DNA of 32,000 bases, taken from Candidatus Saccharimonadota bacterium. GTDB lineage: Bacteria > Patescibacteriota > Saccharimonadia > Saccharimonadales > Saccharimonadaceae. Position 1 is the first letter of the stretch. Each line of letters starts with the position of its first letter. Shown piece after piece: positions 17,045-25,615 of the stretch. The position numbers were made by a program, and so were the translations under genes. Below the pieces are notes generated by a model. It was not told where the DNA came from. It worked only from the letters and a program-made list of their open reading frames with translations, and did not search any database. The stretch lies in assembly GCA_020160975.1 (NCBI GenBank), contig JAIUPJ010000001.1, positions 780,001 to 812,000 of the forward strand. The letters are read 5' to 3'.

Positions 17045-17207
17045 GAGCCTCCTTTAGGGATATCTGCATAAATTAACGGTTGCTTGGTGTTTATTTCGCC
17101 AGCGGTCTAGCTCGTCAAGACGTCCGCGAGTAGAGGAACCACGAATGGTTCATAGTAGTACTAGTTTACTACAGGGTTTTATGAGAGTGCAATAGGATAA
17201 TCATTTT

Positions 17208-17236
17208 ATTATAGCAAATTCTATAAAATTTGTCAA
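17208..17236 (-). promoter_or_regulatory. Consensus promoter (TTGACA-17-TATAAT) for the ABC exporter
   Basis: Read on the minus strand: TTGACA (17231-17236), 17-nt spacer, TATAAT (17208-17213). This implies a ~155-nt leader. Its -35 overlaps the -35 of the divergent plus-strand promoter. Confidence 0.65.
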
Positions 17237-17258
17237 ATATAACAAAATACCCTATACT
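17230..17258 (+). promoter_or_regulatory. Promoter (TTGTCA-17-TATACT) for the 81-aa ORF, leaderless-type
   Basis: TTGTCA at 17230-17235, 17-nt spacer, TATACT at 17253-17258. The ATG at 17265 is 6 nt after the -10 box, with no SD. Confidence 0.55.
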
Positions 17259-17264
17259 ACACTT

Positions 17265-17510
17265 ATGCTTATACTACATATCATTATCGCGATCTCAAGC
17301 TTCTTGCTGGCAGCCGGCCTGCTCGTGAAGCCAGAACAAAAAGTATTGACTATTAATTACGGACTCATTGGTGCAACAATTGCCACGGGAACGTTGCTCG
17401 TAGTGCAAGGCTACAGTGCCCTGCATGTCTGTTCTGCTGGGCTGTTCTATACACTTGCGATGATTGCGCTCACTATGGTTGTACGCCGACGGCTTGCGCT
17501 AAGCGTTTAG
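17265..17510 (+). CDS. Hypothetical small membrane protein (81 aa, ~3 TM)
   Basis: Hydrophobic throughout, with three predicted helices. A promoter sits immediately upstream. No recognisable family. Confidence 0.5.
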   Translation: MLILHIIIAISSFLLAAGLLVKPEQKVLTINYGLIGATIATGTLLVVQGYSALHVCSAGLFYTLAMIALTMVVRRRLALSV

Positions 17511-17547
17511 ATATCGCACTCACATTTCGAGCTGATATAGTGTCGGT

Positions 17548-17901
17548 ATGGCGATGCGAACAATTAACAAAATCAAAGTAGCCCGTGTCTATCCATATTA
17601 TGTGGCAAAAGTAGAGAAAAAGGAACACACTGAGCAGGAGCTGCACAAAGTTATTTTCTGGCTGACGGGGCATGATGAAACCAGCTTTGCAAAGGCGCTG
17701 GCCGACGATCTCACGTTCGAGGACTTTTTCGATAGCGCTCCGCATATGAACCCGAATCGTTCGCTCATCACTGGTGTAATTTGTGGTGTTCGGGTAGAAG
17801 AAATCGACGATCGCATCACCCGAGAAGGGCGGTACCTAGACAAATTGGTCGACGAGCTCGCTAAGGGTAAGTCGATGGACAAGATATTGCGCAAACCATA
17901 G
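17548..17901 (+). CDS. DUF2200-family protein
   Basis: From memory, the sequence pattern matches DUF2200 proteins: VYPYYVAKVEKK..T..EL..VI.WLTG, then NPNRSLITGVICGVRVEEI and YLDKLVDELAKGKSMDKILRK. Confidence 0.75.
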   Translation: MAMRTINKIKVARVYPYYVAKVEKKEHTEQELHKVIFWLTGHDETSFAKALADDLTFEDFFDSAPHMNPNRSLITGVICGVRVEEIDDRITREGRYLDKLVDELAKGKSMDKILRKP

Positions 17902-17965
17902 ACAAAGCAAAGATTCCAACAGATTAGTAGTCTATTACCTGCATTCCTAACCGTCGTAGATTTTA

Positions 17966-18001
17966 CTAACAAAACTTGGACGTCCGTCAAGATTTTGTTA
18001 G
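17966..18001 (+). terminator. Long hairpin after the DUF2200 gene (terminator-like)
   Basis: CTAACAAAA/TTTTGTTAG (17966-17974 / 17993-18001) extends inward by ~6 more bp. The U-run forms part of the 3' arm. Confidence 0.45.
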
Positions 18002-18038
18002 ATGATATAATAGGAGAAAATTGAGGATTTTGGAAGAG

Positions 18039-18950
18039 ATGCAAAAAATATTACTCTACTATAAATTCACGCCGATTGCTGACCCGGAGGCTGTGAAGTT
18101 GTGGCAAAAGACACTGTGCGATTCACTTGGCCTGAAGGGGCGAATCTTGGTGAGCCGCCATGGGCTGAATGGTACGGTTGGTGGTGATATCGAGGCTTGC
18201 AAAGCCTATATCAAAGCTACGAAACAGTACGCGCCGTTCAAAGATATCGTGTGGAAGTGGAGTGACGGCACTGGCGAGGACTTTCCTCGCATGAGCGTCA
18301 AGGTGCGACGTGAGTTGGTAGGATTTAAGAATAGCGACGATGAATTTGATGTCAATATGGACGGCGTGATTGGCGGCGGCAAGCACCTCAAGCCAGAGCA
18401 AGTCAACGAGATGGTAGAGAAGTATGGTGACGATGTGGTGTTTTTTGATGGTCGAAACGAGCATGAAGCGCGTATCGGCAGATTCAAGAATGCTGTGGTG
18501 CCAAATACCAATACCAGTCGTGATTTCATCGCCGAACTTGAAAGTGACAAGTATGATGATCTCAAAAACAAAAAGATCATCACCTACTGTACGGGGGGTA
18601 TCCGCTGCGAAGTGATTTCAAGCATGATGAAAAAACGCGGCTTCAACGAAGTCTACCAAATTGATGGGGGTATCGTAAAATATGGTGAAAAATATGGTGA
18701 TGATGGGTTGTGGGAAGGTAGTTTGCGTGTGTTTGACAATCGCATGACGATCGACTTTAGTGACCATGCCAAAACAATTGGCGAGTGCACGCACTGCAAG
18801 GGCAAGACCAGTAATTTTGAAAACTGTGCCTACGCACAGTGCAATGACCTCGTGCTAATTTGTGAGGATTGCAAGAAAAATCCTGAGCTGCTGTATCATT
18901 CTGAGAACTGCAGAAATCAGGCTACGGAAAGGAAGTTGCAAACGGTATAA
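18039..18950 (+). CDS. trhO: tRNA uridine(34) hydroxylase TrhO (UPF0176 rhodanese-domain protein)
   Basis: N-terminus [14 protein letters not shown]...[16 protein letters not shown]. Rhodanese active-site loop YCTGGIRCE. Cys-rich C-terminus. The ORF track starts at TTG 18021. I prefer ATG 18039 by N-terminal similarity to homologues. An extended -10 (TGATATAAT, 18003-18011) lies just upstream. Confidence 0.85.
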   Translation: MQKILLYYKFTPIADPEAVKLWQKTLCDSLGLKGRILVSRHGLNGTVGGDIEACKAYIKATKQYAPFKDIVWKWSDGTGEDFPRMSVKVRRELVGFKNSDDEFDVNMDGVIGGGKHLKPEQVNEMVEKYGDDVVFFDGRNEHEARIGRFKNAVVPNTNTSRDFIAELESDKYDDLKNKKIITYCTGGIRCEVISSMMKKRGFNEVYQIDGGIVKYGEKYGDDGLWEGSLRVFDNRMTIDFSDHAKTIGECTHCKGKTSNFENCAYAQCNDLVLICEDCKKNPELLYHSENCRNQATERKLQTV

Positions 18951-19213
18951 TGAAGGATCTCGAAAAACAAATCGCTCGTATCGAGCAGCGAAATAAGCAA
19001 GTAGAGCAGAACAAAGCATGGGAAACGAGCTGGACTCGGAGGATATCGATTGCGCTACTCACCTATGTGGTTGTGTGGATGTATTTACAATTTGTCGTGC
19101 ATGTCGATCCATGGATAAATGCGATCATTCCTACTGCGGGTTTCTTGATGTCCACATTGACGCTCACATTCATTAAGTCTGTATGGATTGATAAAATGCG
19201 TCACGAAAAATAG
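18950..19213 (+). CDS. Hypothetical small membrane protein (87 aa)
   Basis: The start overlaps the trhO stop (TAATG), implying translational coupling. It has a charged N-terminal helix followed by two TM helices. Confidence 0.55.
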   Translation: MKDLEKQIARIEQRNKQVEQNKAWETSWTRRISIALLTYVVVWMYLQFVVHVDPWINAIIPTAGFLMSTLTLTFIKSVWIDKMRHEK

Positions 19214-19278
19214 CGGCCAAGCCGGCGCTGACAGAGTTAGATTAGCCTATAAGCCATCGCGTAAGAGAAGGAGGCAGC

Positions 19279-19548
19279 GTGAATCGTATTAAAAGGTTGC
19301 TATTTCAAGACAATACTGGCAAGTATATCGTTGTGCAGCCACCGAATCTGCCGGTGTATATTATGTTGGTGGGGATTATTGGCAGTAATCTTTTTGTCAA
19401 CGGCAAAGCACATACATTCTTTGACTTACTGTTCTTTGGCGCAGCATTCTTGTGGGCGTATCTAGAAATTCGCTTTGGAGAAGCAGGCGTCCGACGGATC
19501 ATGGGAACGATCGTCATGATTGGTTTGTTTGTCTCGCGACTCGCATAA
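19279..19548 (+). CDS. Hypothetical small membrane protein (89 aa)
   Basis: GTG start preceded by a strong SD (GAAGGAGG). Three hydrophobic segments. Confidence 0.5.
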   Translation: MNRIKRLLFQDNTGKYIVVQPPNLPVYIMLVGIIGSNLFVNGKAHTFFDLLFFGAAFLWAYLEIRFGEAGVRRIMGTIVMIGLFVSRLA

Positions 19549-19560
19549 GCCGATAGTGTA

Positions 19561-20775
19561 CTAAAGTTTCGCTGCAACTTGCTCCATTACATTGATCAGC
19601 TTCGTACTTTCAATTGTGGTAATGTTGGTTTCGGCGTCTTCGCTCGCAAAGCGCATGGTCGCGACATAGTTTCCTTTTTTGATAGTGATTTTTGTTGCAT
19701 AACGACCTTTTGAGATCATCGCGTCATCAGCAGATGGAACAATGGCATCCTCGGTTTTTGTTTCGGTGCTGCGAGAATAGTATGCAATTGCAATAGGTAC
19801 CGTCTTTGCATAATACACAGTCAGTGTAGATTCTGCTCCGGGAGTAGAGCCGGAACCTATACTGGTGCGCGTGCATTCATTTGAAATTGGGACGACTAAC
19901 CCGTTTGACGTTTTTTCTGGGCTGCTATCAAAGTTGGTTGAAGTTTGCTTGACTACAGCAGAAGGGGTCGCTGGTGCAACAAGTGCATTCAGGTGCCTAC
20001 GAGTGAAAAGTTGACAAGGTTCTTTTAGTGCGACTTTGTCTCCTATCGTTGATGCGCCAAGGATAGCACCGGTTTGTTTTTGAGCAGATCTATTGGTAAT
20101 GTTTTTTGTAATGATCGTAAGTGCTTGCTTTGTCTTATCTGCAGCTCGATCATCGGGCGATGTATCCACGAGATAACTTGTGAAAAGCCCGCCATATTTG
20201 AGAGTGTAGATCGCTGAATCTTTGTGGATATAGTAGACTCCTTGTTCGGGATCAAAAAGAACAGGTAGCGGATGACCTTTCACTTCTTCAGACGGCTTAC
20301 GATCTGACATGGCCTGAGCTTGGCTGCGTGAAGTGCGAACCATTTCAATCGTTTGGCGCGCAGCTTCTTCTTCTGCGGGGGTGAGGTTACCCTCCGTAAG
20401 ACGTTGTCTCGCTTCTGACTCAAGTCGATCCATCTCTTCGAGCGCGCCTACAGACTCGTTGACAGATCGGCTTTTCCAGTCGAGCGCAGCGAGTTGGGTC
20501 GAAGGAAAATAATTTGCTGATAGTTTCACAATACTGTCAGCTGTGTCTCCTAATTCATATTCGCAGCCAAGCTCACCGATTTTTAGCGATGTGTTCAGCG
20601 AAGTTTGAGGTGAACGTGACGACGAGTAAGGCTTGTTTAGGAGTGACACAACAAGCCAGATAAGGCCGCACACGACAAGTAACCCTACGACCGAAGTGGC
20701 AAGGGTAATTAACAGTTTGTTTGACCGAGAAGAAGGTGCGGGGTCGTGAATGGGAGGGTGAGTCGAATTGTCCAT
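19561..20775 (-). CDS. Hypothetical membrane-anchored extracytoplasmic protein (404 aa)
   Basis: Short cytoplasmic N-terminus, one TM helix (LLITLATSVVGLLVVCGLIWLVVSLL), then a ~350-aa ectodomain with four Cys. I recognise no family. Confidence 0.75.
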   Translation of the reverse strand: MDNSTHPPIHDPAPSSRSNKLLITLATSVVGLLVVCGLIWLVVSLLNKPYSSSRSPQTSLNTSLKIGELGCEYELGDTADSIVKLSANYFPSTQLAALDWKSRSVNESVGALEEMDRLESEARQRLTEGNLTPAEEEAARQTIEMVRTSRSQAQAMSDRKPSEEVKGHPLPVLFDPEQGVYYIHKDSAIYTLKYGGLFTSYLVDTSPDDRAADKTKQALTIITKNITNRSAQKQTGAILGASTIGDKVALKEPCQLFTRRHLNALVAPATPSAVVKQTSTNFDSSPEKTSNGLVVPISNECTRTSIGSGSTPGAESTLTVYYAKTVPIAIAYYSRSTETKTEDAIVPSADDAMISKGRYATKITIKKGNYVATMRFASEDAETNITTIESTKLINVMEQVAAKL

Positions 20776-20894
20776 GGCCCTAATTGTAGAAGTTTGAGGT
20801 TTTTAATTCGTAGTTTATTTCACCATAGCGAAGTAGGCGGTTCGCGATTTTCTCTATTGTTTCGTATACTAGATGATAGAGAAAGTGAGAAAAT

Positions 20895-21230
20895 ATGGCA
20901 TTATACAATACGACAACACGCGCTGAGTTTGAAGATAAAGTGCTAAACAATGAGAAAACAGTACTGGTTGATTTTTGGGCAGAATGGTGCCCACCATGCC
21001 GAGCGATGGCGCCGATATTGCATGATGTCGCCGAGGCGATGGACAAGGACGTTGACATCGTCAAGGTCAATATTGAAGATGGTGTAGATAACGCAGCACT
21101 GGCGGGTGAATATGAGATTCGTAGTATTCCGAACATGCATGTATTTAAAGGGGGCAAGTCAGTTGATCAAGTAGTGGGTATGGTGCCACGACCCGCACTC
21201 GAAGATATTCTAAATAAGCAGATTAAATAA
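20895..21230 (+). CDS. trxA: Thioredoxin (CPPC active-site variant)
   Basis: VLVDFWAEWCPPCR active-site region, a cis-Pro region (SIPNMHVFKGG), 111 aa. Confidence 0.92.
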   Translation: MALYNTTTRAEFEDKVLNNEKTVLVDFWAEWCPPCRAMAPILHDVAEAMDKDVDIVKVNIEDGVDNAALAGEYEIRSIPNMHVFKGGKSVDQVVGMVPRPALEDILNKQIK

Positions 21231-21237
21231 TACGTTA

Positions 21238-23550
21238 ATGGCACACGCATCAACTCGGAACAAATGGTGGAGAGTGTTTATACCCGCGGCATTGCTATTG
21301 GTCTGGCTGGCATTGGCTGGGGTAGGTGGTCCGTATTTTGGAAAAATTGATCAAGTATCGAGCAATGACCTGTCGACATTCCTTCCAAAAAATGCCGAAT
21401 CAACCAAGGTGAAAGACGAGCTTGCAAAGTTCCAAACCTCAGGGACTATTCCGGCAATTGTTGTGTTTGAGTCTGATGCCTCGCTGACCGACACTCAGAA
21501 ATCTCAGCTTATGACAGCGCGAGATAACATGCAGAAAACAGGAGTAGTGATGGGTGAGGTGTCGCAGCCGGTGTACTCAGATGACGGTAAAGGCGGGTTT
21601 GTGTTGGTACCGATCGATAGTGATACAAAATTCGCACCGGTGATCACCAAGCTACAGGATGCAGTAAAGCAGTCGGATATATCGATGCGTTCAGCGTTCA
21701 CTGGCCCCGCTATGTTCGCAAGAGATCTCAACAAAGCGTTTGCAGGTATCGATGGGACCTTGCTCGTGGTGGCGCTTGCCGTTGTGTTTTTAATTTTGCT
21801 CGTGGTATATCGTTCTCCGGTGCTGCCCATCGTGACGCTTATGAGTGCGATAGCAGCACTCGCGAGTGCGATTTTTGTCGTCTGGCACTTGGCAAATGCA
21901 GGAGTGATGCAGCTAAACGGGCAGGTGCAAGGTATATTATTTATTTTGGTGATTGGTGCAGCTACTGACTACGCACTACTCTATATATCTCGCTACCGCG
22001 AAGAGCTCACTCTTCACGAGAGCGCTTGGGATGCGACACAAGCAGCGCTCAAGGCGTCATGGGAGCCAATTGTTGCGGCAGGCGGCACGGTTATCCTCGG
22101 GCTCCTTTGTTTGCTAGTATCCGACCTTGGCTCAAACAAGGCACTTGGCCCTGTGGGTGGGGTAGGGATCGCTTTTGCAATTGCTTCGGCGCTGACGTTC
22201 CTGCCGGCAGCCTTACTGCTGTTTGGCCGTCGTGCATTTTGGCCGCGTCGTCCACGTTATATGCCTGGCAAAGGTCACGGTGACTACCATGATAACCATC
22301 CGGTTTGGACAAAGGTAGGTCGCTTAGTCGGTAAGCACCCAAGACGACTATGGGTCGGTATTTCAATTTTACTGATTGCGTGCTGCGTGTATATACCCCA
22401 GCTCAGGGCGCAGGGCGTCTCACAACAAGACTTGATTGTAGGTAAGTCTGAAGCTCGTGATGGTCAGATACTGCTAGACAGGCATTTTCCTGGTGGCTCA
22501 GGTTCACCGGCATTTATCCTTGTTCCAGAATCGCAGCAAGTTGCAGTTGTGAAGCAGCTCGAAACAGACTATGGTGTCGACTCAGTAAGCGTCCTCACAA
22601 GTGACAAGACCAGGACATCGATGCTGGTTGGTCGCTCAGAAATAAAATTGAGACAGCAAATAAGGGAAAAAATCGCGGCATCTCGCCAGGAGCAGCTGGA
22701 TACGATTCGTACAAAAATAGAAGCTGAAATGGCAGGTGCACCAGCAGAATATATTGAACAATTCTATCAACAGGCTATCGCGGCAGTACCTTCAGTCGAT
22801 AGTATTGCCGCAAGCGCCTATCCGTTTAAGGACCTACAGCCAAAAGTGGTTGACGGGCAAGTAGTGTTACAGGCTACGCTCAAAGATCCTGCGAGCTCAG
22901 TTCAGGCACGCGAGACGATTTCACGACTTCGGGCGACGATTCAACCGACTCATCCAGAAGTTATCTTTGGCGGTGTGAGTGCAGTCCAGCTCGATACCAA
23001 CACCGCATCGACACATGACTTAAAGATAATTATTCCATTGATTCTCCTGGCTATTACTAGTGTATTGATGCTACTCCTCAGGTCGGTTGTAGCACCACTC
23101 ATACTACTCGCCACGACGGTTGTCTCGTTCGGTGCGACACTAGGCGTTGCGGCTTTTCTGTTTAATAATGTCTGGCACTTTCCTGGCGCAGATCCATCAG
23201 TGATTATCTTCGGGTTTGTATTTTTGGTGGCTCTCGGTATTGATTACAATATCTTCCTGATGACGAGAGTTCGCGAAGAAACAATAAGGCTTGGTGTGCG
23301 ACAAGGAACGCTCAAAGCACTCGTTGTAACTGGCGGAGTGATTACGAGTGCGGGCGTAGTATTGGCATCTACTTTTGCGGCGCTGTATGTAATTCCAATC
23401 TTGTTCCTGGCGCAAATCGCCTTTATTGTGTCGTTCGGCGTCTTGCTTGATACACTTATTATTCGCTCGCTGCTTGTACCCTCGCTAACGTTAGAGATCG
23501 GTAAAAAAATGTGGTGGCCATCGCGAATATCGAAAAAAGGAAAGCGGTAA
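21238..23550 (+). CDS. MMPL-family (RND superfamily) membrane transporter
   Basis: Two 6-TM bundles, each ending in the MMPL motif (GAATDYALLYISRYREE; LGIDYNIFLMTRVREE), separated by large extracytoplasmic domains. Length 770 aa. Confidence 0.92.
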   Translation: MAHASTRNKWWRVFIPAALLLVWLALAGVGGPYFGKIDQVSSNDLSTFLPKNAESTKVKDELAKFQTSGTIPAIVVFESDASLTDTQKSQLMTARDNMQKTGVVMGEVSQPVYSDDGKGGFVLVPIDSDTKFAPVITKLQDAVKQSDISMRSAFTGPAMFARDLNKAFAGIDGTLLVVALAVVFLILLVVYRSPVLPIVTLMSAIAALASAIFVVWHLANAGVMQLNGQVQGILFILVIGAATDYALLYISRYREELTLHESAWDATQAALKASWEPIVAAGGTVILGLLCLLVSDLGSNKALGPVGGVGIAFAIASALTFLPAALLLFGRRAFWPRRPRYMPGKGHGDYHDNHPVWTKVGRLVGKHPRRLWVGISILLIACCVYIPQLRAQGVSQQDLIVGKSEARDGQILLDRHFPGGSGSPAFILVPESQQVAVVKQLETDYGVDSVSVLTSDKTRTSMLVGRSEIKLRQQIREKIAASRQEQLDTIRTKIEAEMAGAPAEYIEQFYQQAIAAVPSVDSIAASAYPFKDLQPKVVDGQVVLQATLKDPASSVQARETISRLRATIQPTHPEVIFGGVSAVQLDTNTASTHDLKIIIPLILLAITSVLMLLLRSVVAPLILLATTVVSFGATLGVAAFLFNNVWHFPGADPSVIIFGFVFLVALGIDYNIFLMTRVREETIRLGVRQGTLKALVVTGGVITSAGVVLASTFAALYVIPILFLAQIAFIVSFGVLLDTLIIRSLLVPSLTLEIGKKMWWPSRISKKGKR

Positions 23551-23649
23551 CGAACATACTCTCGCGGCCACCCCGCTTTGCAAAAAGATGATGGTACGGA
23601 ATGTTATGCCTGTTCGCAAGCTTAACGAGCTCGGGGCGCAATAGCGCGG

Positions 23650-23655
23650 TATAAT
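23650..23655 (+). promoter_or_regulatory. -10 box (TATAAT) 6 nt upstream of the uvrC GTG, leaderless-type
   Basis: TATAAT at 23650-23655 with the GTG at 23662. No usable SD spacing and no clear -35. Confidence 0.35.
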
Positions 23656-23661
23656 AAAAAG

Positions 23662-25215
23662 GTGAACAAAGCGCTTGAGGCAAAACTGAAAGAACTCCCC
23701 TATACCCCAGGGGTCTACTTCCACAAATCTGAGACGGGCGAGATTATTTATGTTGGCAAGGCAGCGGTGCTCAAAAATCGCGTCCGCCAATATTTTCAAT
23801 CGAAAAAAGATTTTGATGCCAAGACCCTGGCGCTCGTGAGTGAGATTGTCGATACCGATTGGGTAGAAACAGAGAGCGAAATTGATGCACTATTTCTCGA
23901 GAGTGAGATGGTCAAGCGCTATATGCCGCGCTACAACATCCTTTTGCGAGACGACAAGTCGCAAACGTTTGTGCGCATCGACATGAAGAGCGAGTGGCCT
24001 CACGTCAGTTTCACGCGTAATCCAGCAGACGATTCGGCGACATATATTGGTCCGTTCTATAACGGTTATGCTGTCAAAAAAGCACTGCGATACTTACGCA
24101 AAGTATTTCCCTACTACACAAAGGCTCCAACCGATCGAAAAGCCAATTTGGATGTCCATCTGGGACTGAGCCCACGCCCTGACGTAACGAGTTTTGAATA
24201 CAAAGCAAATCTAAAGAAGTTGATGCAATATATCAAAGGTGGCCGCGTAAAGATAACGACCGAGATTGAAAAGGAGATGAAACGTGCCGCAAAGTCGCAG
24301 GAATTCGAGCGAGCTGCCGAATTGCGTAACAAGCTGACGCATTTGAAGGAGCTACAGCGGCGCATTATGTTTGGCGACAAGGAATTCCTGGATATCAGCA
24401 AGGACAAGGCGCTGCTCCAGTTGAAAGAGCTATTGGGGCTCGACGAAGTGCCGGCACGTGTGGAAGGTTACGATATTAGTCATATGAGCGGCGAACATGT
24501 GGTTGCTAGTATGGTTGTGTTCACGAATGGAGTAAGTGATCGTAGCAATTACCGCAAATTCAAAATGCGCTATCAGCGCAATGACGATGTTGCCAATATG
24601 AGAGAGGTGATTGCGCGTCGGTTTAGTGATAAGAATATCAAGGCGTGGGGTGTGCCAAATGTTGTCCTCGTGGATGGGGGCAAAGCGCAATTGGCAGCTG
24701 CGATTGATGTGATCCAACAGCAAGGCTACTCTATACCGGCCATTGGTATTGCTAAGCGTGAGGAAGAGCTGATACTTGCCAAAGCAGGTTCAATCAAAAA
24801 TGATGAGTATATCAAACAGCTCCAGGCGAGTCATTCACCAGGAATTGCGGTGCTGGAAGAGACTGCATACTTTATCGTTAACCTCCATGTTGGTCGACTC
24901 AATGCAGGCGGGCACTCAAGAAATCTACGCGGCGGAGATAGTCAAAGCCCCTATGATGAGCTGCTAAAATTTTTCCAGCGGATTCGTGACGAATCGCATC
25001 GGTTTGCGGTGAGTTATCATACAACGCTCAAGCGCCATAGCGCGACAAAGAGCACTCTCGATGATATTCCCGGCATTGGGCCAGTCACACGAAAAATACT
25101 CATAAAAAAATTTGGCAGCGTCCGCGCAATTTCTGGTGCGAGCGAGCAAGCGATTGCGGATGCTGTTGGCACGAAGAAGGCGCGGGCGATTGTCGCCGCA
25201 CTGAGCGAGAAGTGA
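23662..25215 (+). CDS. uvrC: Excinuclease ABC subunit C (UvrC), compact 517-aa form
   Basis: GIY-YIG domain (PGVYFHKSETGEIIYVGKAAVLKNRVRQYF), UVR domain (EMKRAAKSQEFERAAELRNKLTHLKEL), and C-terminal (HhH)2 (LDDIPGIGPVTRKILIKKFGS). Confidence 0.93.
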   Translation: MNKALEAKLKELPYTPGVYFHKSETGEIIYVGKAAVLKNRVRQYFQSKKDFDAKTLALVSEIVDTDWVETESEIDALFLESEMVKRYMPRYNILLRDDKSQTFVRIDMKSEWPHVSFTRNPADDSATYIGPFYNGYAVKKALRYLRKVFPYYTKAPTDRKANLDVHLGLSPRPDVTSFEYKANLKKLMQYIKGGRVKITTEIEKEMKRAAKSQEFERAAELRNKLTHLKELQRRIMFGDKEFLDISKDKALLQLKELLGLDEVPARVEGYDISHMSGEHVVASMVVFTNGVSDRSNYRKFKMRYQRNDDVANMREVIARRFSDKNIKAWGVPNVVLVDGGKAQLAAAIDVIQQQGYSIPAIGIAKREEELILAKAGSIKNDEYIKQLQASHSPGIAVLEETAYFIVNLHVGRLNAGGHSRNLRGGDSQSPYDELLKFFQRIRDESHRFAVSYHTTLKRHSATKSTLDDIPGIGPVTRKILIKKFGSVRAISGASEQAIADAVGTKKARAIVAALSEK

Positions 25216-25221
25216 TATAGT
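25213..25221 (+). promoter_or_regulatory. Extended -10 promoter (TGaTATAGT) 6 nt upstream of the pilin ATG
   Basis: TGATATAGT at 25213-25221 overlaps the uvrC stop codon. The ATG is at 25228 and there is no SD. Confidence 0.45.
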
Positions 25222-25227
25222 AAGCAT

Positions 25228-25599
25228 ATGCAGAATAGGAAGCACGCTTTTACTATTGTCGAGCTACTGGTAGTCATCACTGTTATCGCTGCGCTTGCTG
25301 GCTTGACTATTTTTTCGTTCGGTAGTTGGCGGCTACGGACTGCGCAAACAGAAATGAAGAACGAGCTCAACACCGCTGCAGCTACACTGAAAAGTTATCG
25401 CAATTTTAATAACATCTATCCCGCAACATTAGCAGGCATCCCGTACACCCCGAGTACAGGAGTGACCCTCACATATATCTTACGTTCTGGGGGCGCGTCA
25501 TACTGTCTTAATGCGGGGAGTGTAGCGGTACCGAGCGCACCGCACTGGTATGTTGACTCGAATAACGGTATGGCTCCGACGACAACCAGTTGTTCATAA
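25228..25599 (+). CDS. Type IV pilin / pseudopilin (prepilin-type N-terminal cleavage-methylation domain)
   Basis: Class III signal MQNRKHA|FTIVELLVVITVIAALAGL with Glu at +5. C-terminal Cys pair (YCLNAG...TTSCS) typical of the pilin D-region. Length 123 aa. Confidence 0.8.
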   Translation: MQNRKHAFTIVELLVVITVIAALAGLTIFSFGSWRLRTAQTEMKNELNTAAATLKSYRNFNNIYPATLAGIPYTPSTGVTLTYILRSGGASYCLNAGSVAVPSAPHWYVDSNNGMAPTTTSCS

Positions 25600-25601
25600 C
25601 G

Positions 25602-25607
25602 TATAAT
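25602..25607 (+). promoter_or_regulatory. -10 box (TATAAT) 8 nt upstream of the aminopeptidase ATG, leaderless-type
   Basis: TATAAT at 25602-25607 with the ATG at 25616 and no SD. Confidence 0.4.
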
Positions 25608-25615
25608 TGTAAGCT

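Noticed and set aside
20895-21230. Thioredoxin active site WCPPC instead of WCGPC
   Set aside because: CxxC dipeptide variation, including CPPC, falls within known thioredoxin-fold diversity. By itself it is not evidence of a novel function.
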